A stretch of 64,000 nucleotides of DNA from NCBI GenBank assembly GCA_963702025.1, contig OY969699.1, positions 1,280,001 to 1,344,000 on the forward strand, in the 5' to 3' direction. Below, piece after piece: positions 30,446 to 41,867 of the stretch. Position numbers and translations under genes: made by a program. This DNA comes from an uncultured bacterium (GTDB lineage Bacteria > Babelota > Babeliae > Babelales > Vermiphilaceae). The notes below the pieces were generated by a model, which searched no databases, was not told the DNA's origin, and saw nothing but the letters and a program-made list of their open reading frames with translations. Within the stretch, counting starts at the first letter, position 1. Each line of letters opens with the position of its first letter.

Positions 30446-31755
30446 CGGGCCCCCCTCATCTTGATGCGGCCTCCTGTTAAGAACCCTTCATAACGGTGCT
30501 CAATCAGATAAGACTCAATTTGCGCAGCAGTATCAAGCGCAACACCTACTAAAATGAGCAGAGAGGTACCGCCCAGATTAAATGGCAAAGGTACAAACAT
30601 TCTTAATATATTTGGTAATAATGCCAAAATCGCCAAGTAGATTGCTCCAACAAGACCGATTCGGGTCAATATATAATTAAAGAATTCTGAAGTCTTTCTG
30701 CCCGGTCGAAACCCAGGAATAAATCCGCCACTTTTTTTCATATTGTCAGCAAGCTCATCAGGATTATAAATCAACGCAGTATAAAAGAATGAGAAGAATA
30801 TAATCAAAACAAACTCGATAATATTGTAGAGTATGCCGGTTGGAACCATGCTTTCAGAAATCCACTTAAACAAAGCAAATTTATCAGCGAGCATAGCTGC
30901 CAAAAACATCGGAATGTTCAACACAGCGCCGGCAAAAATTACTGGCATAACACCCGGAACGTTAATTTTAAAAGGAATATAGGTGCTTTGACCACCATAC
31001 ACACGTTGACCAACTACTCGCCGTGTATATTGTACCGGAATCTTGCGTTCGCCCTTCTCGAGAAAAACAATGCATGCAGCAATTGCAACAAAAAGGAGAA
31101 CAAGCAACGAGGTAATCCATCCATTGGTAAGACCTTGTTGTACTTGATAAATTGCCTTAAGCGCATCCTCGGGCAAGTGAGCAACGATACCAGCAAAGAT
31201 TATCATTGAGCTACCATTACCAAGCCCAAAGAGTGATATTTGTTCACCCAGCCACATTACAAACATAGAGCCAACAGTTAAAGAAACAATGAATAGGAAC
31301 CAGAAACCTAATCCTGGTTCAAGAACTAAGTTGTTTCTCTGTAGAAGAATGCCATAACCAATACTTTGTGCAATGCTGACCCCAAACGTTAGATAGCGGG
31401 TATATTGATTAATGATTTTTCTTCCGTATTCGCCTTCCTTTTGTAGTAATTCAAGAGAAGGCACCGTCATTGTTAACATTTGCATCATGATTGAGGAAGT
31501 AATGTAGGGGGTCATACCAAGTGCAAATAAAGTACAATTACGTAACATACCACCAGAAAAAAGGTCAATATAACTAAAAAGACCGCCTAACCCACTTGCT
31601 TGATCCATCATTGTTCGCAAGGCAGCAACGTCAATTCCTATTACCGGAATGTGTGCGCCAAGACGGTAAATAATGAGTATCCCTAGCGTAAATAGGACCT
31701 TCTTTCTCAATTCGGATATATAAAAAATATTAATAAAATTATTGAGCAAAACCAC
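30442..31755 (-). CDS. secY: Preprotein translocase SecY
   Basis: ALGMTPYITSSI, MWLGEQI, GNGSS, IPGFRPG, GGTSLLI. Confidence 0.98.
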   Translation of the reverse strand: MVLLNNFINIFYISELRKKVLFTLGILIIYRLGAHIPVIGIDVAALRTMMDQASGLGGLFSYIDLFSGGMLRNCTLFALGMTPYITSSIMMQMLTMTVPSLELLQKEGEYGRKIINQYTRYLTFGVSIAQSIGYGILLQRNNLVLEPGLGFWFLFIVSLTVGSMFVMWLGEQISLFGLGNGSSMIIFAGIVAHLPEDALKAIYQVQQGLTNGWITSLLVLLFVAIAACIVFLEKGERKIPVQYTRRVVGQRVYGGQSTYIPFKINVPGVMPVIFAGAVLNIPMFLAAMLADKFALFKWISESMVPTGILYNIIEFVLIIFFSFFYTALIYNPDELADNMKKSGGFIPGFRPGRKTSEFFNYILTRIGLVGAIYLAILALLPNILRMFVPLPFNLGGTSLLILVGVALDTAAQIESYLIEHRYEGFLTGGRIKMRGAR

Positions 31756-31759
31756 GGCT

Positions 31760-32218
31760 TCAAATCTCCTTATTTACTCTCGCCTGCCCACCACATTGTT
31801 GGATAGCTTTTTCAGCCGATTCACTATACATGTCTGCAAGAACTTCTAATTTTTTCGTCAGTGTTCCATTGCCTAAGATTTTGAGAAGTACTTGTTCCTT
31901 GCTCTTAGTGCAGAATTTTACCAAGCCTTTTTCTTTTAAAGAGGCCAATGTTACTTGTGCGCCATTTTCAAATACTCTTTCAAGATCTTCCAAGTTAACT
32001 ATTTTGATCTCTTTTTGGAAATCTGCATTGTTAAATCCACGCTTTGGCAACCGACGATAGAGAGGCATCTGGCCACCCTCATAACCAATACGGACAAATC
32101 CGCCGGAACGAGCTTTTTGACCCTTGTGACCCTTACCGGATGTGCCACCGCGAGAACCGCCTCTACCTACTCTTTTTCTTTTTTTAACCAATTTTGTCAG
32201 TTTGTGTAAGGTAACCAT
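31760..32218 (-). CDS. rplO: 50S ribosomal protein L15
   Basis: [28 protein letters not shown]. Confidence 0.98.
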   Translation of the reverse strand: MVTLHKLTKLVKKRKRVGRGGSRGGTSGKGHKGQKARSGGFVRIGYEGGQMPLYRRLPKRGFNNADFQKEIKIVNLEDLERVFENGAQVTLASLKEKGLVKFCTKSKEQVLLKILGNGTLTKKLEVLADMYSESAEKAIQQCGGQARVNKEI

Positions 32219-32724
32219 TATTTGCTCCCAACAATCTCTGCTACAGTTTTACCACGAAGTTTTGCCAAATCAGCTGCTGATCTCATCTGCGCGAAAGCAT
32301 TCAGCGTAGCTTTTGCCACATTTTTTGGGTTAGAAGAGCCAAGCGATTTAGTAAGAACATCTTTTACCCCAGCAGCTTCCATTACTTTACGAACGGCGCC
32401 ACCTGCTATTACGCCCGTACCTTTGTAAGCCGGTCGAATAACAACTTTACTTGCACCATGGCGGCCTTTTACATCGTAAGGAACAGTTGTGCCTCGCAAT
32501 GTAATGGTGATTAAATTTTTTCGTGCTTGATTAGTTGCTTTTGCTATTGCAAGAGAAACTTCACGACTTTTACCCAACCCTATGCCAACATTACCCTGCT
32601 GATCGCCAGAAACAACAAGCGCTGAGAATGAGAATGTTTTACCACCTTTTGTTACTTTCGTAACACGCGCCACATGAACAACATAATCTACAAAATTACT
32701 GGCTTTGCTTTTATTTTCTGCCAT
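32218..32724 (-). CDS. rpsE: 30S ribosomal protein S5
   Basis: [17 protein letters not shown]. Confidence 0.98.
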   Translation of the reverse strand: MAENKSKASNFVDYVVHVARVTKVTKGGKTFSFSALVVSGDQQGNVGIGLGKSREVSLAIAKATNQARKNLITITLRGTTVPYDVKGRHGASKVVIRPAYKGTGVIAGGAVRKVMEAAGVKDVLTKSLGSSNPKNVAKATLNAFAQMRSAADLAKLRGKTVAEIVGSK

Positions 32725-32751
32725 TATTAAACCTTGATTTACTAAACAAAT

Positions 32752-33105
32752 CTAAACTTTAAGTCCGCCCTCACGTAACCCATCTGCTAACATCTTTACT
32801 CTCCCATGATAGAGGAAATGGCCACGATCATAGACTGCTGCAGTAACTCCTAACTCTTTCGCTTTTTTTGCTAAAGCTAGTCCAACGGCATGGGCCTTGG
32901 CTTTTTTATCACCTTTTAGTGTGGTCAATTCTGCAGTTGATGCGCTTGCCAATGTAGCTTGCTTGGCATCATCAATCAATTGCGCATATATATGATTTAA
33001 ACTTTTGAAAATCGAAACACGAGGTAATTCAAGGTTTTTTAAACGACTACGCACGCGTAATTTTCGTCGGTTCTTTCTTTGTGCTAATTTTTTAATTAAA
33101 CTCAC
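32752..33105 (-). CDS. rplR: 50S ribosomal protein L18
   Basis: HIYAQLID, DRG...YHGRV. Confidence 0.97.
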   Translation of the reverse strand: MSLIKKLAQRKNRRKLRVRSRLKNLELPRVSIFKSLNHIYAQLIDDAKQATLASASTAELTTLKGDKKAKAHAVGLALAKKAKELGVTAAVYDRGHFLYHGRVKMLADGLREGGLKV

Positions 33106-33121
33106 GATTCTATCCTATAAA

Positions 33122-33673
33122 TTAAGCTGCTTTTGTTTTTCCAGCTTTACGTGCAATTGTTTCCGATTCTAGTTTAATACCGGTACCTTTGTATGGTTCA
33201 GGTGGACGCAAAGCTCTCACTTTGCTGCAAACTTGCCCTAGTAGCTCTTTATCACTTGATCGAAATAATAGTTTTTGGCCAGTCTTATCAACTTCAAGCG
33301 AGACTTCTTTAGGAAGATCAAAATCTATTTTATGACTAAACCCCAGTGAGAATACTACTTTATTTCCCGAAACTGCTGCTTTAAAGCCAAGCCCGTTAAT
33401 CTGCACGGCTTTCTCAAATTCTTGCTGGCATCCTTGTATATTATTAGCAAGTAATGCTCTATTTAGCCCCCAGATTCTATTCACATCCTTAGAACTTTTT
33501 CCGGGTATTTTATCACATTTTAAAGAGAGAAGTTTTTCATTAAGCTCGGCAGTTACTCCTTTGGGGAGTGTATACTTACCGGAACCTTTCTTGCCAGAAA
33601 AGCTGATCTCTTGACCATTAATTTCAACTTTTGCCGACCCTATATCAATCGGCTTTCTGCCAATTTTTGACAT
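33122..33673 (-). CDS. rplF: 50S ribosomal protein L6
   Basis: MSKIGRKP, RPPEPYKGTG. Confidence 0.98.
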   Translation of the reverse strand: MSKIGRKPIDIGSAKVEINGQEISFSGKKGSGKYTLPKGVTAELNEKLLSLKCDKIPGKSSKDVNRIWGLNRALLANNIQGCQQEFEKAVQINGLGFKAAVSGNKVVFSLGFSHKIDFDLPKEVSLEVDKTGQKLLFRSSDKELLGQVCSKVRALRPPEPYKGTGIKLESETIARKAGKTKAA

Positions 33674-33682
33674 AATTTACCT

Positions 33683-34075
33683 TTACCAAACAGTGCAAAC
33701 AACTTCGCCGCCAATTCCAAGTTCTTTCGCTTTCTTATGAGAAACTACCCCTTTGCTGGTAGTTAAAATAGAAAGTCCTAAACCACCAATAACAGGCTTG
33801 ATTGAAGCTGCACCTTTATAATTTCTTCTGCCAGGCCGACTTACTCTTTTCAAATCGTGAATGACTGATTCGCCATTAACATATTTAAGAAAAATTTTAA
33901 TTGCCTTTTTTCCGTCTTCGTCAATAACCGTAAAATCTTTAATAAAACCTTCTTCTTTTAAAATAGAAGCGATTTCCAATTTTAGCGTTGAGTGCGGAGC
34001 AACAATAAAAGACTTTGATGACATAATACCGTTACGAATAATTGTCAGAAAGTCACCAATTGTATCTATAGACAT
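33683..34075 (-). CDS. rpsH: 30S ribosomal protein S8
   Basis: DFLTIIRN, SRPGRR, GIGGE. Confidence 0.98.
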   Translation of the reverse strand: MSIDTIGDFLTIIRNGIMSSKSFIVAPHSTLKLEIASILKEEGFIKDFTVIDEDGKKAIKIFLKYVNGESVIHDLKRVSRPGRRNYKGAASIKPVIGGLGLSILTTSKGVVSHKKAKELGIGGEVVCTVW

Positions 34076-34095
34076 TTTTTACCTTCAACTAAAGT

Positions 34096-34281
34096 TTACC
34101 AACTTGTCTTTTTCACACCGGGAAGCAACCCGTCCAATGCCATTTTTCTAAAGCAAAGGCGACACATCATAAACATTCTCAGATAAGCACGAGGCCTTCC
34201 ACAAAGCTTACAACGATTTTTTTGTCGTGTTGAAAATTTAGGCGGTTGATTTGATTTTTCAATGAGCGCTTTTCTCGCCAT
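34096..34281 (-). CDS. rpsN: 30S ribosomal protein S14 (zinc type)
   Basis: RCKLCGR...CRLCFR, LPGV. Confidence 0.97.
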   Translation of the reverse strand: MARKALIEKSNQPPKFSTRQKNRCKLCGRPRAYLRMFMMCRLCFRKMALDGLLPGVKKTSW

Positions 34282-34302
34282 TTTATCATCCTATTATACT
34301 AA

Positions 34303-34848
34303 CTATACTTTACGAAACGGCATTCCGAACGACTTTAATAACTCAACGCCATGCTCATCGGTTAATGCAGTTGTACAAATTGTTACATTCATGCCATGTG
34401 GTTTTTGATTAATGTCATATTCGACTTCGGGAAAAATTGTAATTTCTTTAAGCCCTAAATTATAATTACCTCTACCGTCAAAGGAAGAAGTAACGCCCTG
34501 AAAGTCTCTGGTTTTAGGCAATGATAAGTTGATAAGCTTATCCAAAAAATTGTACATGTTCTTTTTTCTCATTGTAACCATTACACCGATCGGCATACCA
34601 TCTCTTAACTTAAAGCTTGCAATAGATTTTCTAGCAAGCGTTTTAACCGGTGCCTGACCAGATATTTTTGCAATGCTATCGATGACTGTTTGCAACACTT
34701 TACTGTCACCAACAGCATCTTTAACACCCACATTTAATACGATCTTGGTTACCTTGGGAATTTCCATTATATTTTTTAACCCAAGTTTTTTTTGTAACTC
34801 CGGTCGTATTTTGCTGACATATAATTCTTCAAGCCGAGCTTTACTCAT
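34303..34848 (-). CDS. rplE: 50S ribosomal protein L5
   Basis: KIVLNVGV, FKLRDG, FDGRGNY. Confidence 0.98.
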   Translation of the reverse strand: MSKARLEELYVSKIRPELQKKLGLKNIMEIPKVTKIVLNVGVKDAVGDSKVLQTVIDSIAKISGQAPVKTLARKSIASFKLRDGMPIGVMVTMRKKNMYNFLDKLINLSLPKTRDFQGVTSSFDGRGNYNLGLKEITIFPEVEYDINQKPHGMNVTICTTALTDEHGVELLKSFGMPFRKV

Positions 34849-34875
34849 GGTACTTATTTTCCTATAAGCGTTAAT

Positions 34876-35190
34876 TTAAAATATTTCTTCACAGCGGTTG
34901 CAAGTACGCTCTCTTTTGCCATCTTCTAAAAGACGGGTATTTATGCGGGATGGCTTTTTACAAGCAGTACATACCGGCATTACCATAGAAGTATTAATGT
35001 ATGACTCTTCTTTTTTTATACCAGGAACATCGCCTTGCTTACGAGCCTTTACATGTCGAGTCTTTAGCGCAATCCCTTTTACCAATACTTTACCTTTTTT
35101 TGGTAAAACTTCAATCACTGTGCCATTTTTATCTTTATCTTTTCCGGATAAAACAACAACCGTATCGTTTTTCTTTATTCGTGCAACCAT
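34876..35190 (-). CDS. rplX: 50S ribosomal protein L24
   Basis: IKKNDTV...GKDK KOW motif; operon position. Confidence 0.96.
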   Translation of the reverse strand: MVARIKKNDTVVVLSGKDKDKNGTVIEVLPKKGKVLVKGIALKTRHVKARKQGDVPGIKKEESYINTSMVMPVCTACKKPSRINTRLLEDGKRERTCNRCEEIF

Positions 35191-35203
35191 ATCACGTATT
35201 CCT

Positions 35204-35584
35204 TTATATAACCTCAGGCGCTAACGACACAATTTTTGAGTAACCCTTTGCGCGCAATTCACGTGCAATAGGTCCGAAAATACGGGTCCCGACTGGCTCT
35301 TTTTCACCCTTTTCGCCCTTAACGATAACCGCAGCATTTTCACCAAAACTAATGTATGAACCATCATCACGTTTGAACGGTTTTCTAACCCGGACAATAA
35401 CGGCTTCTACAACATCTTTTTTCTTAACTGCCTGTCCTGGGATAGCCTCTTTAACGGCACACTTAACTAAATCGCCCAATTCAGCGCATTTTTTGCCGGT
35501 GCTACCAACTATTGAGATCACTCTCATTGCTTTAGCACCCGAATTATCCGCAACTTCTAAGTTAGTTTCTTTTTGAATACTCAT
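35204..35584 (-). CDS. rplN: 50S ribosomal protein L14
   Basis: [26 protein letters not shown]. Confidence 0.98.
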   Translation of the reverse strand: MSIQKETNLEVADNSGAKAMRVISIVGSTGKKCAELGDLVKCAVKEAIPGQAVKKKDVVEAVIVRVRKPFKRDDGSYISFGENAAVIVKGEKGEKEPVGTRIFGPIARELRAKGYSKIVSLAPEVI

Positions 35585-35862
35585 GCAATCTCTCCCGCAG
35601 CTGCCGGTTTGATAACTTGTTTAAGATACATGTATTTCGTTTTTGAAACCGGGCGACCTTCAAAGAACTCAACAAGATCGCCTACTTGCGCCTGTTCTTT
35701 CTCATCATGCACTTTATACTTTTTCGAAGTTTTCATTATTTTTGAAAACTCTTTTTGTACAAAGGTTCGCTCGGTCTGAACGACTATTGTTTTGTTCATT
35801 TTATCCGAAATAACCGTACCTGTGTAGGTACGCTTTACTTTCTTCTGGGCTGCCGTATTCAT
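35581..35862 (-). CDS. rpsQ: 30S ribosomal protein S17
   Basis: [20 protein letters not shown]. Confidence 0.96.
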   Translation of the reverse strand: MNTAAQKKVKRTYTGTVISDKMNKTIVVQTERTFVQKEFSKIMKTSKKYKVHDEKEQAQVGDLVEFFEGRPVSKTKYMYLKQVIKPAAAGEIA

Positions 35863-36062
35863 TTAACACCTTTTTGGCTCAACATTGTTAAGATACGAGC
35901 AATGTTTTTTCGGCTTTTTCTGAATTGTGAATAATCCTTAACATGGGATGTCGAGGAATTCAGCCGTAAACTAAAATGATCGCGTCTCAACGCATCGAGC
36001 TTCCCAATTAGCTCTTGTATATTTAATTCGCTTAGTTCTTTTTTAAAATTACCGGTTTTCAT
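35859..36062 (-). CDS. rpmC: 50S ribosomal protein L29
   Basis: RKNIARILT; position between rplP and rpsQ; start ATG 36062 inferred. Confidence 0.9.
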   Translation of the reverse strand: MKTGNFKKELSELNIQELIGKLDALRRDHFSLRLNSSTSHVKDYSQFRKSRKNIARILTMLSQKGVK

Positions 36063-36078
36063 TCTATAACCACCAACG

Positions 36079-36504
36079 TTATTCTGTGACTGCAAGAGTC
36101 GATTTTTTCACAAACTTAGTTTTTAAGGGCAATTTATAAGTAGCAGTTTTAAGAGCCACCCTTGCCTCAGCTTCGGTCATTCCTGCAACTTCACAAATTA
36201 TTCGCTCACGCTTAACCACCGCAACCCACAACTCAGGATTACCTTTTCCTTTACCCATACGAGTTTCAGCTGGTTTCTTGGTAACCGGCTTGTCGGGAAA
36301 AATGCGCAAATAGAATTTACCCGTTTTTGTCAACTTACGCGCTACAGTAATTCGCATAGACTCAATTTGTTGAGCAGTAATTCTACACGGCTCCACCGCT
36401 TGCAATCCATACTCACCAAAGGCAACTTCGCGGGCTCCTTTAGAGATACCCTTCATGTTACCTTTTTGAACTTTTCTAAATTTTGTTTTTTTGGGCATCA
36501 ACAT
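36079..36504 (-). CDS. rplP: 50S ribosomal protein L16
   Basis: [21 protein letters not shown]. Confidence 0.98.
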   Translation of the reverse strand: MLMPKKTKFRKVQKGNMKGISKGAREVAFGEYGLQAVEPCRITAQQIESMRITVARKLTKTGKFYLRIFPDKPVTKKPAETRMGKGKGNPELWVAVVKRERIICEVAGMTEAEARVALKTATYKLPLKTKFVKKSTLAVTE

Positions 36505-36516
36505 GTTTGTATCCTA

Positions 36517-37155
36517 CTAATTAGCCGCGTGCTGGTATTCGCCTTTACAGATCCATACCTTAACACCAATAATACCGTATGTGGTTTTTGCTTCGGCCAA
36601 GCCATAATCAACGTCGGAGCGAAGAGTATGCAATGGAATTGAACCAACCCGTGTCCATTCTTCACGCGCAATTTCAGCACCATTCAATCGTCCAGAGCAG
36701 CATACTTTTATACCTTTAGCGCCACTTTTCATGGCAGATATTGCCGCACGCTTCATTGCCTTTTTAAAACTGCCACGTTTAACGAGCTGTTCAGCAATAT
36801 TTTTTGCAACCAGAACAGCGTCAATTTCCGGAGATTTAACTTCTTGTACGGAGATTTCGACGTTTTTCTTATTTAATCTGCGAGCAATTTCATTTCGCAA
36901 AGATTCAATTTCTTGACCCTTTTTTCCAATAACAACACCAGGACGGCCTGAATGTATAGTTATTCGAATATTGTCGCCCGCCTTCTCAATTTCAATTTTA
37001 GAAATTTCAGCGTTCTCTAAAGCAGTATTGAGAAATTGACGAATTTTAACGTCTTCTAATACTTCTTTTCCATATGATTTTCGCGCAAACCAGCGAGAAT
37101 CCCAAAAACGATAAATACCTAATCTAAATCCAACCGGATTAACCTTTTGTCCCAC
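36517..37155 (-). CDS. rpsC: 30S ribosomal protein S3
   Basis: [32 protein letters not shown]. Confidence 0.98.
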   Translation of the reverse strand: MGQKVNPVGFRLGIYRFWDSRWFARKSYGKEVLEDVKIRQFLNTALENAEISKIEIEKAGDNIRITIHSGRPGVVIGKKGQEIESLRNEIARRLNKKNVEISVQEVKSPEIDAVLVAKNIAEQLVKRGSFKKAMKRAAISAMKSGAKGIKVCCSGRLNGAEIAREEWTRVGSIPLHTLRSDVDYGLAEAKTTYGIIGVKVWICKGEYQHAAN

Positions 37156-37501
37156 GCTTATCCTTGTTTGTTACAGGTTCAACAATAACACTCATGTGGC
37201 TCAAACGCTTTCTATATATATTCGCACGACCCATTGCTCCTGGCTTAAAATAGCGGAACATAGGACCTTGATCAATCCGTATATCGGTAATAACTAGATC
37301 ACGCGAATCAAGATTCTGTAAAGATTTTGCATTTGCAGCTGCTGATTCTATCATTTTTTGAATTGGCACAGCCTTCTTCAGTGCGCATGTGCTCAGCCAA
37401 TTCAAGGCATAGGCAACATTTTTGCCGCGTACAACGTCGGCCAAAGGCCTCATTTTGTACTGCGAAACGCGAACATAGCGAGCTTTTGCGGTAAATTGCA
37501 T
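37139..37501 (-). CDS. rplV: 50S ribosomal protein L22
   Basis: SAAANA, AMGRA, SH motif; start ATG 37501 inferred. Confidence 0.95.
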   Translation of the reverse strand: MQFTAKARYVRVSQYKMRPLADVVRGKNVAYALNWLSTCALKKAVPIQKMIESAAANAKSLQNLDSRDLVITDIRIDQGPMFRYFKPGAMGRANIYRKRLSHMSVIVEPVTNKDKRGTKG

Positions 37502-37589
37502 GCTCAAACCTCAAGTATTACTTTTAATTGTACACTAATTACTTTTGTTATTTAATATTAATTTATCCGATTTCCCGTAAACGGGCAAT

Positions 37590-37886
37590 CTATTTCTCTT
37601 CAGCAGTGGCGGTAGCACCAGCTTGTCTTTGCCCACTGTGTACTCGGAAAGTACGGGTTGGGGCAAATTCACCAAGATAATGACCCACCATGTTTTCCGT
37701 TACAAAAACAGAAACAAACTTTTTTCCGTTATGAACAGCGATCGTAAGCCCAACAAATTCAGGCAAAACCATCGATCTTCGAGACCATGTTTTAATAACA
37801 TCTCGCTTACCTGATGACTTAACTTTCTGAATCTTTTCCATTAAAGACGGCTGTACGTAAGGACCTTTCTTTGCGGATCTTGCCAT
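37590..37886 (-). CDS. rpsS: 30S ribosomal protein S19
   Basis: [22 protein letters not shown]. Confidence 0.98.
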   Translation of the reverse strand: MARSAKKGPYVQPSLMEKIQKVKSSGKRDVIKTWSRRSMVLPEFVGLTIAVHNGKKFVSVFVTENMVGHYLGEFAPTRTFRVHSGQRQAGATATAEEK

Positions 37887-37897
37887 TATAGTTATCC

Positions 37898-38713
37898 TTA
37901 TTTTCTTCGTTTAATTATTAGTGGATTTTTTCGGGTTCTAGTTTTGGTTCCCTTGCATCCCTTACCCCAGGGAGTCATAGGATGTGAACCCGATTTTGAA
38001 CGCCCTTCACCACCACCATGCGGGTGATCAACAGGATTCATAGCCATACCACGAACAGAAGAACGCCATCCACGATATCGGGTTCTGCCCGCTTTACCCC
38101 AATTGATGTTTTGATACTCAGCATTGCCAAGAACACCAATGGTTGCCCAGCAGTTAATCGGCACCATTCTTATTTCACCGGAAGGCATTTTAAGAGTTGC
38201 ATAATCATCAGTTTTTGCCATGAGCTGAACTGATGCACCGGCGCTTCGCGCCAATTTGCCGCCCGAACCCGGGGTAATTTCTATATTATGCAGCTGAAAG
38301 CCAACGGGAATGCTACGAATAGGTAAACAATTTCCAGTACGGGCCTCAACGTTTTCTCCGGCAAGAACCGTATTGCCGACACCCAATCCTTCAGGAAGCA
38401 AAATATATTTTTTTGAACCATTTGCGTAGAATACCAACCCAATACGAACATTTCGATTAGGGTCATATTCGACGGCGACCACTTTTCCCGGCACATCGCG
38501 TTCTATGCGTTTGAAATCAATCATACGATATTTTTGAAACGCGCCGCCACCCGTATGACGAACGGTTATACGCCCATATGCGTTACGACCGCCCTTTTTT
38601 CGTAAACCGCGCACCAAGCTTTTTTCAGGTGATTTTTTTGTAATATCACTAGTATCTAAAAAAGTTTGAAAACGAAGCGAAGAATTACGAGGTCTTTTTG
38701 TTATCATTGCCAT
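37898..38713 (-). CDS. rplB: 50S ribosomal protein L2
   Basis: [19 protein letters not shown]. Confidence 0.98.
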   Translation of the reverse strand: MAMITKRPRNSSLRFQTFLDTSDITKKSPEKSLVRGLRKKGGRNAYGRITVRHTGGGAFQKYRMIDFKRIERDVPGKVVAVEYDPNRNVRIGLVFYANGSKKYILLPEGLGVGNTVLAGENVEARTGNCLPIRSIPVGFQLHNIEITPGSGGKLARSAGASVQLMAKTDDYATLKMPSGEIRMVPINCWATIGVLGNAEYQNINWGKAGRTRYRGWRSSVRGMAMNPVDHPHGGGEGRSKSGSHPMTPWGKGCKGTKTRTRKNPLIIKRRK

Positions 38714-38722
38714 TGTAGTACC

Positions 38723-39058
38723 TTATTCTTTCTTAGACGCTTGGGCAGACGCTATGTTAGTTCCTGCTTGATCGATAAAATCAAGAGAGTAACCATCGGC
38801 CAAAGTAACGATTGCTCGTTTGGATAGTTTACCGGTTGTTTCTTTACCCCCGCGCATCCGTCTCTTTTTGCCCTTACGAACAACAATGCTCACTTTATCC
38901 ACCTTTACGCTAAATAGCTTTTCAAGGGCTTCTTTAACCATCGGCTTGTTCGCTTTTGGATGCACTTTTAATGCAAGCTTCTTAAAAAGCTTATTGAGCT
39001 TATAGGCTTTATCGGAAATAACCGGCCCGATTATAATATCATAAATACTTAAATCCAT
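38723..39058 (-). CDS. rplW: 50S ribosomal protein L23
   Basis: ANK...LF.VKV, KRAIVTL. Confidence 0.93.
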   Translation of the reverse strand: MDLSIYDIIIGPVISDKAYKLNKLFKKLALKVHPKANKPMVKEALEKLFSVKVDKVSIVVRKGKKRRMRGGKETTGKLSKRAIVTLADGYSLDFIDQAGTNIASAQASKKE

Positions 39059-39699
39059 TGTGAAACCATTTTTTTAAAGTGCTCAAAATCTTTTTTAAGA
39101 ACAAGCCATTGTGTTCCATTTGACAAATCGAATGCATTCGGCTGATCAAAATACAAAATACGAATATTTGGGATATTCGCAAATGATGCATGATTTACCG
39201 CATCATTTGCCGTCAAAAATAGCACTACCTTATCTTGATGCAATCCTGAATTCTTTAACAATTTATAGGCTGCTGAGGTGCTTGGCTTTTCAGTTGCATC
39301 CCAATTAGCCATAACTACTTTGCTATTATCCAAATAATCAAACAAAATGGCATTGAGAACATTTCGTTTAACCTGCTTATCGGCTTTTAATACACGTGTT
39401 CTTGGTTGGGGACCAAAAATAACCCCACCGCCTCGCCATAATGGTGAACGGGCCGATCCGGCTCGCGCTCTACCGGTACCTTTTTGTTTCCACGGTTTTT
39501 TATTTGAATAGGCAACATCGGAGCGTCCTTTACACGCTACCGTTCCTTGTCGCCAATTCTGTAATAATGATCGGATGTAAATAGCTGAAGATTCAGCCGA
39601 AACATCTTTGCGTGCCTCTTGCATAGATAAGTCAGCAGCAGTAATTGGCTGAAGTGCTGAAGCAGTATTTTCTGTAGCTGTTACTTTACGCTTAGTCAT
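39049..39699 (-). CDS. rplD: 50S ribosomal protein L4
   Basis: KKPWKQKGTGRARAGS, GGGVIFGP. Confidence 0.98.
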   Translation of the reverse strand: MTKRKVTATENTASALQPITAADLSMQEARKDVSAESSAIYIRSLLQNWRQGTVACKGRSDVAYSNKKPWKQKGTGRARAGSARSPLWRGGGVIFGPQPRTRVLKADKQVKRNVLNAILFDYLDNSKVVMANWDATEKPSTSAAYKLLKNSGLHQDKVVLFLTANDAVNHASFANIPNIRILYFDQPNAFDLSNGTQWLVLKKDFEHFKKMVSQWI

Positions 39700-39701
39700 A
39701 A

Positions 39702-40325
39702 TTACCCCACTGATTTTCTAATACAAAGAAGCGAACCTGATTTCCCCGGAACTGAACCTTTAACAAAGATGACATTGGCATCTTTATCAACAGAAACAAT
39801 CTCAAGGTTTTTCATCACCACGGCATCTACACCCATATGACCAGGAAATTTCTTTCCTTTAATGATTCGTCCTTGCGATCTATAAGAGCTGCTTGAACCA
39901 GGACGTTTACCCATAGTTGAACCGTGACTACCCGGAGGACCATTAAAATCATGACGTTTGACAACACCGGCAAAACCTCGTCCGATTGTTGTTCCCAAGA
40001 CATCAACTGATTCCCCTGGATTCACTAAACTATTAAAGTCGAAAGCCGTACCAACCTCAAAGGCATTAACATCACCCTCAACAGCAACTTCTTTTACATG
40101 ATAAAAGTGCTTGTTGAGTTCGGTAAGCCATTCTTTATCAAACTGCTTAGCGGCATAACGATCTTTTAAGAGTCCAACCTGTATAGCCTCATATCCATCG
40201 CGCTCTTTTGTTTTCTTATTGGTAACAAACCATTGTGAAATATCAATGGCCGTTACCGGAACAACTTTATTTTGGGCAAAGAGCTGCGTCATTCCTATTT
40301 TTTTACCCCATATTCTTGCTGACAT
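39702..40325 (-). CDS. rplC: 50S ribosomal protein L3
   Basis: GKKIGMTQ, GRGFAGVVKRH, PGHMG, KGSVPG. Confidence 0.98.
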   Translation of the reverse strand: MSARIWGKKIGMTQLFAQNKVVPVTAIDISQWFVTNKKTKERDGYEAIQVGLLKDRYAAKQFDKEWLTELNKHFYHVKEVAVEGDVNAFEVGTAFDFNSLVNPGESVDVLGTTIGRGFAGVVKRHDFNGPPGSHGSTMGKRPGSSSSYRSQGRIIKGKKFPGHMGVDAVVMKNLEIVSVDKDANVIFVKGSVPGKSGSLLCIRKSVG

Positions 40326-40337
40326 AGAATGACCTCT

Positions 40338-40643
40338 TTACTTAATTTCCACATCAACGCCAGAAGATATGCTCAATTTCATCAATGCATCCATTGTTTG
40401 ATCGGATGGTGAGACAATATCAAGAATACGGCAATGAGTAGTTAATTCAAATTGTTCGCGTGATTTTTTATCGATATGAGGAGATCTCAGAACAGTAAAA
40501 CAACGTTTCTTATTAGGAAGAGGAACAGGTCCCATAAGTTGGGAACCTGTTCTTTTAACTGTAGAAACAATCTGTTTAGTTGCTTTATCGAGTAACTGAT
40601 GATCGTACGATTTCAATGTTAAACGAATTTTTTGTTTTTTCAT
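40338..40643 (-). CDS. rpsJ: 30S ribosomal protein S10
   Basis: GPVPLP, RSPH...SREQFE; start ATG 40643 inferred. Confidence 0.97.
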   Translation of the reverse strand: MKKQKIRLTLKSYDHQLLDKATKQIVSTVKRTGSQLMGPVPLPNKKRCFTVLRSPHIDKKSREQFELTTHCRILDIVSPSDQTMDALMKLSISSGVDVEIK

Positions 40644-40656
40644 TTTAACATCCAAA

Positions 40657-41844
40657 CTATTTAATGATTTCAGTTACAACACCAGAGCCAACCGTTCTGC
40701 CACCTTCACGGATTGCAAAACGAAGGTCTTTATCCATAGCAACGCTTGCAATTAACTCGACGGTTAAGTCAACGTTATCGCCAGGCATTACCATTTCTCG
40801 ACCAGCAGGCAACGTAACCACACCGGTCACATCTGTTGTTCTGAAATAAAATTGAGGTTTATATCCATTAAAGAAAGGACTATGACGGCCACCTTCTTCT
40901 TTGCTCAAAATATACACTTTGGCTTTGAATTTTTCATGAGGATTAATAGAACCCGGTTTAGCAAGAACCATTCCGCGTTCTATTTCTTCTTTTTTAAGTC
41001 CTCGAAGGAGCAATCCAGCATTATCCCCTGCTTGACCTTCAGAAAGTTCTTTACGGAACATTTCTACGCCGGTCACCACAGTTTTAAGACGTTTGCCGAA
41101 GCCAATCACTTCAACTTCTTCGCCAATCTTAACTTTTCCTTGTTCAATTCTTCCGGTAGCAACGGTACCACGACCAGCAATTGAGAAGACTGATTCAATA
41201 GGCATCAAGAAAGGCTTTTCAATATCACGCTTTGGTTCAGGTATATAGGAATCTAATGCATCAACTAATTTTTGCATTGCGCCATAGCCAAGATCGCCCT
41301 TATCGCCGCCCATTGCTTTGAGTGCAGAGCCACGAATTACGGGAATTTGATCGCCGGGGAAATCGTATTTTTTTAACAAATCACGTATTTCTTCTTCGAC
41401 CATATCAACCATTTCAGGGTCACCAACCATGTCAACTTTATTCAAGAAGACAACCAATGCAGGAACACCAACGTTTTTAGCCAAAACAATGTGCTCACGA
41501 GTTTGAGGCATCGCGCCATCTGAAGCAGAAACAACAAGAATTCCGCCGTCCATTTGTGCGGCACCGGTGATCATGTTTTTAACATAGTCAGCGTGTCCCG
41601 GACAGTCAACGTGCGCATAGTGACGTTTTTCTGATTCATACTCAACGTGTGAAGTTGCAATGGTAATACCACGTGCTTTTTCTTCAGGCGCGTTATCGAT
41701 TGAATCATATCCTCTAAAATTTGCTAAACCTTTTTCCGATAGGAATTTAGTAATCGCTGCAGTTAAGGTTGTTTTACCATGGTCAACGTGACCAATGGTT
41801 CCTACGTTTAAATGCGGCTTTTTACGTTCAAATTTACCTGCCAT
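40657..41844 (-). CDS. tuf: Elongation factor Tu
   Basis: [25 protein letters not shown]. Confidence 0.99.
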   Translation of the reverse strand: MAGKFERKKPHLNVGTIGHVDHGKTTLTAAITKFLSEKGLANFRGYDSIDNAPEEKARGITIATSHVEYESEKRHYAHVDCPGHADYVKNMITGAAQMDGGILVVSASDGAMPQTREHIVLAKNVGVPALVVFLNKVDMVGDPEMVDMVEEEIRDLLKKYDFPGDQIPVIRGSALKAMGGDKGDLGYGAMQKLVDALDSYIPEPKRDIEKPFLMPIESVFSIAGRGTVATGRIEQGKVKIGEEVEVIGFGKRLKTVVTGVEMFRKELSEGQAGDNAGLLLRGLKKEEIERGMVLAKPGSINPHEKFKAKVYILSKEEGGRHSPFFNGYKPQFYFRTTDVTGVVTLPAGREMVMPGDNVDLTVELIASVAMDKDLRFAIREGGRTVGSGVVTEIIK

Positions 41845-41867
41845 CGTTTCTCCTGTAACTAAATAAA

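Noticed and set aside
37508..37589. Unusually long AT-rich rpsS-rplV spacer with a small cccgt-aa-acggg hairpin
   Set aside because: No ORF, no repeat-family match and no supportable RNA motif
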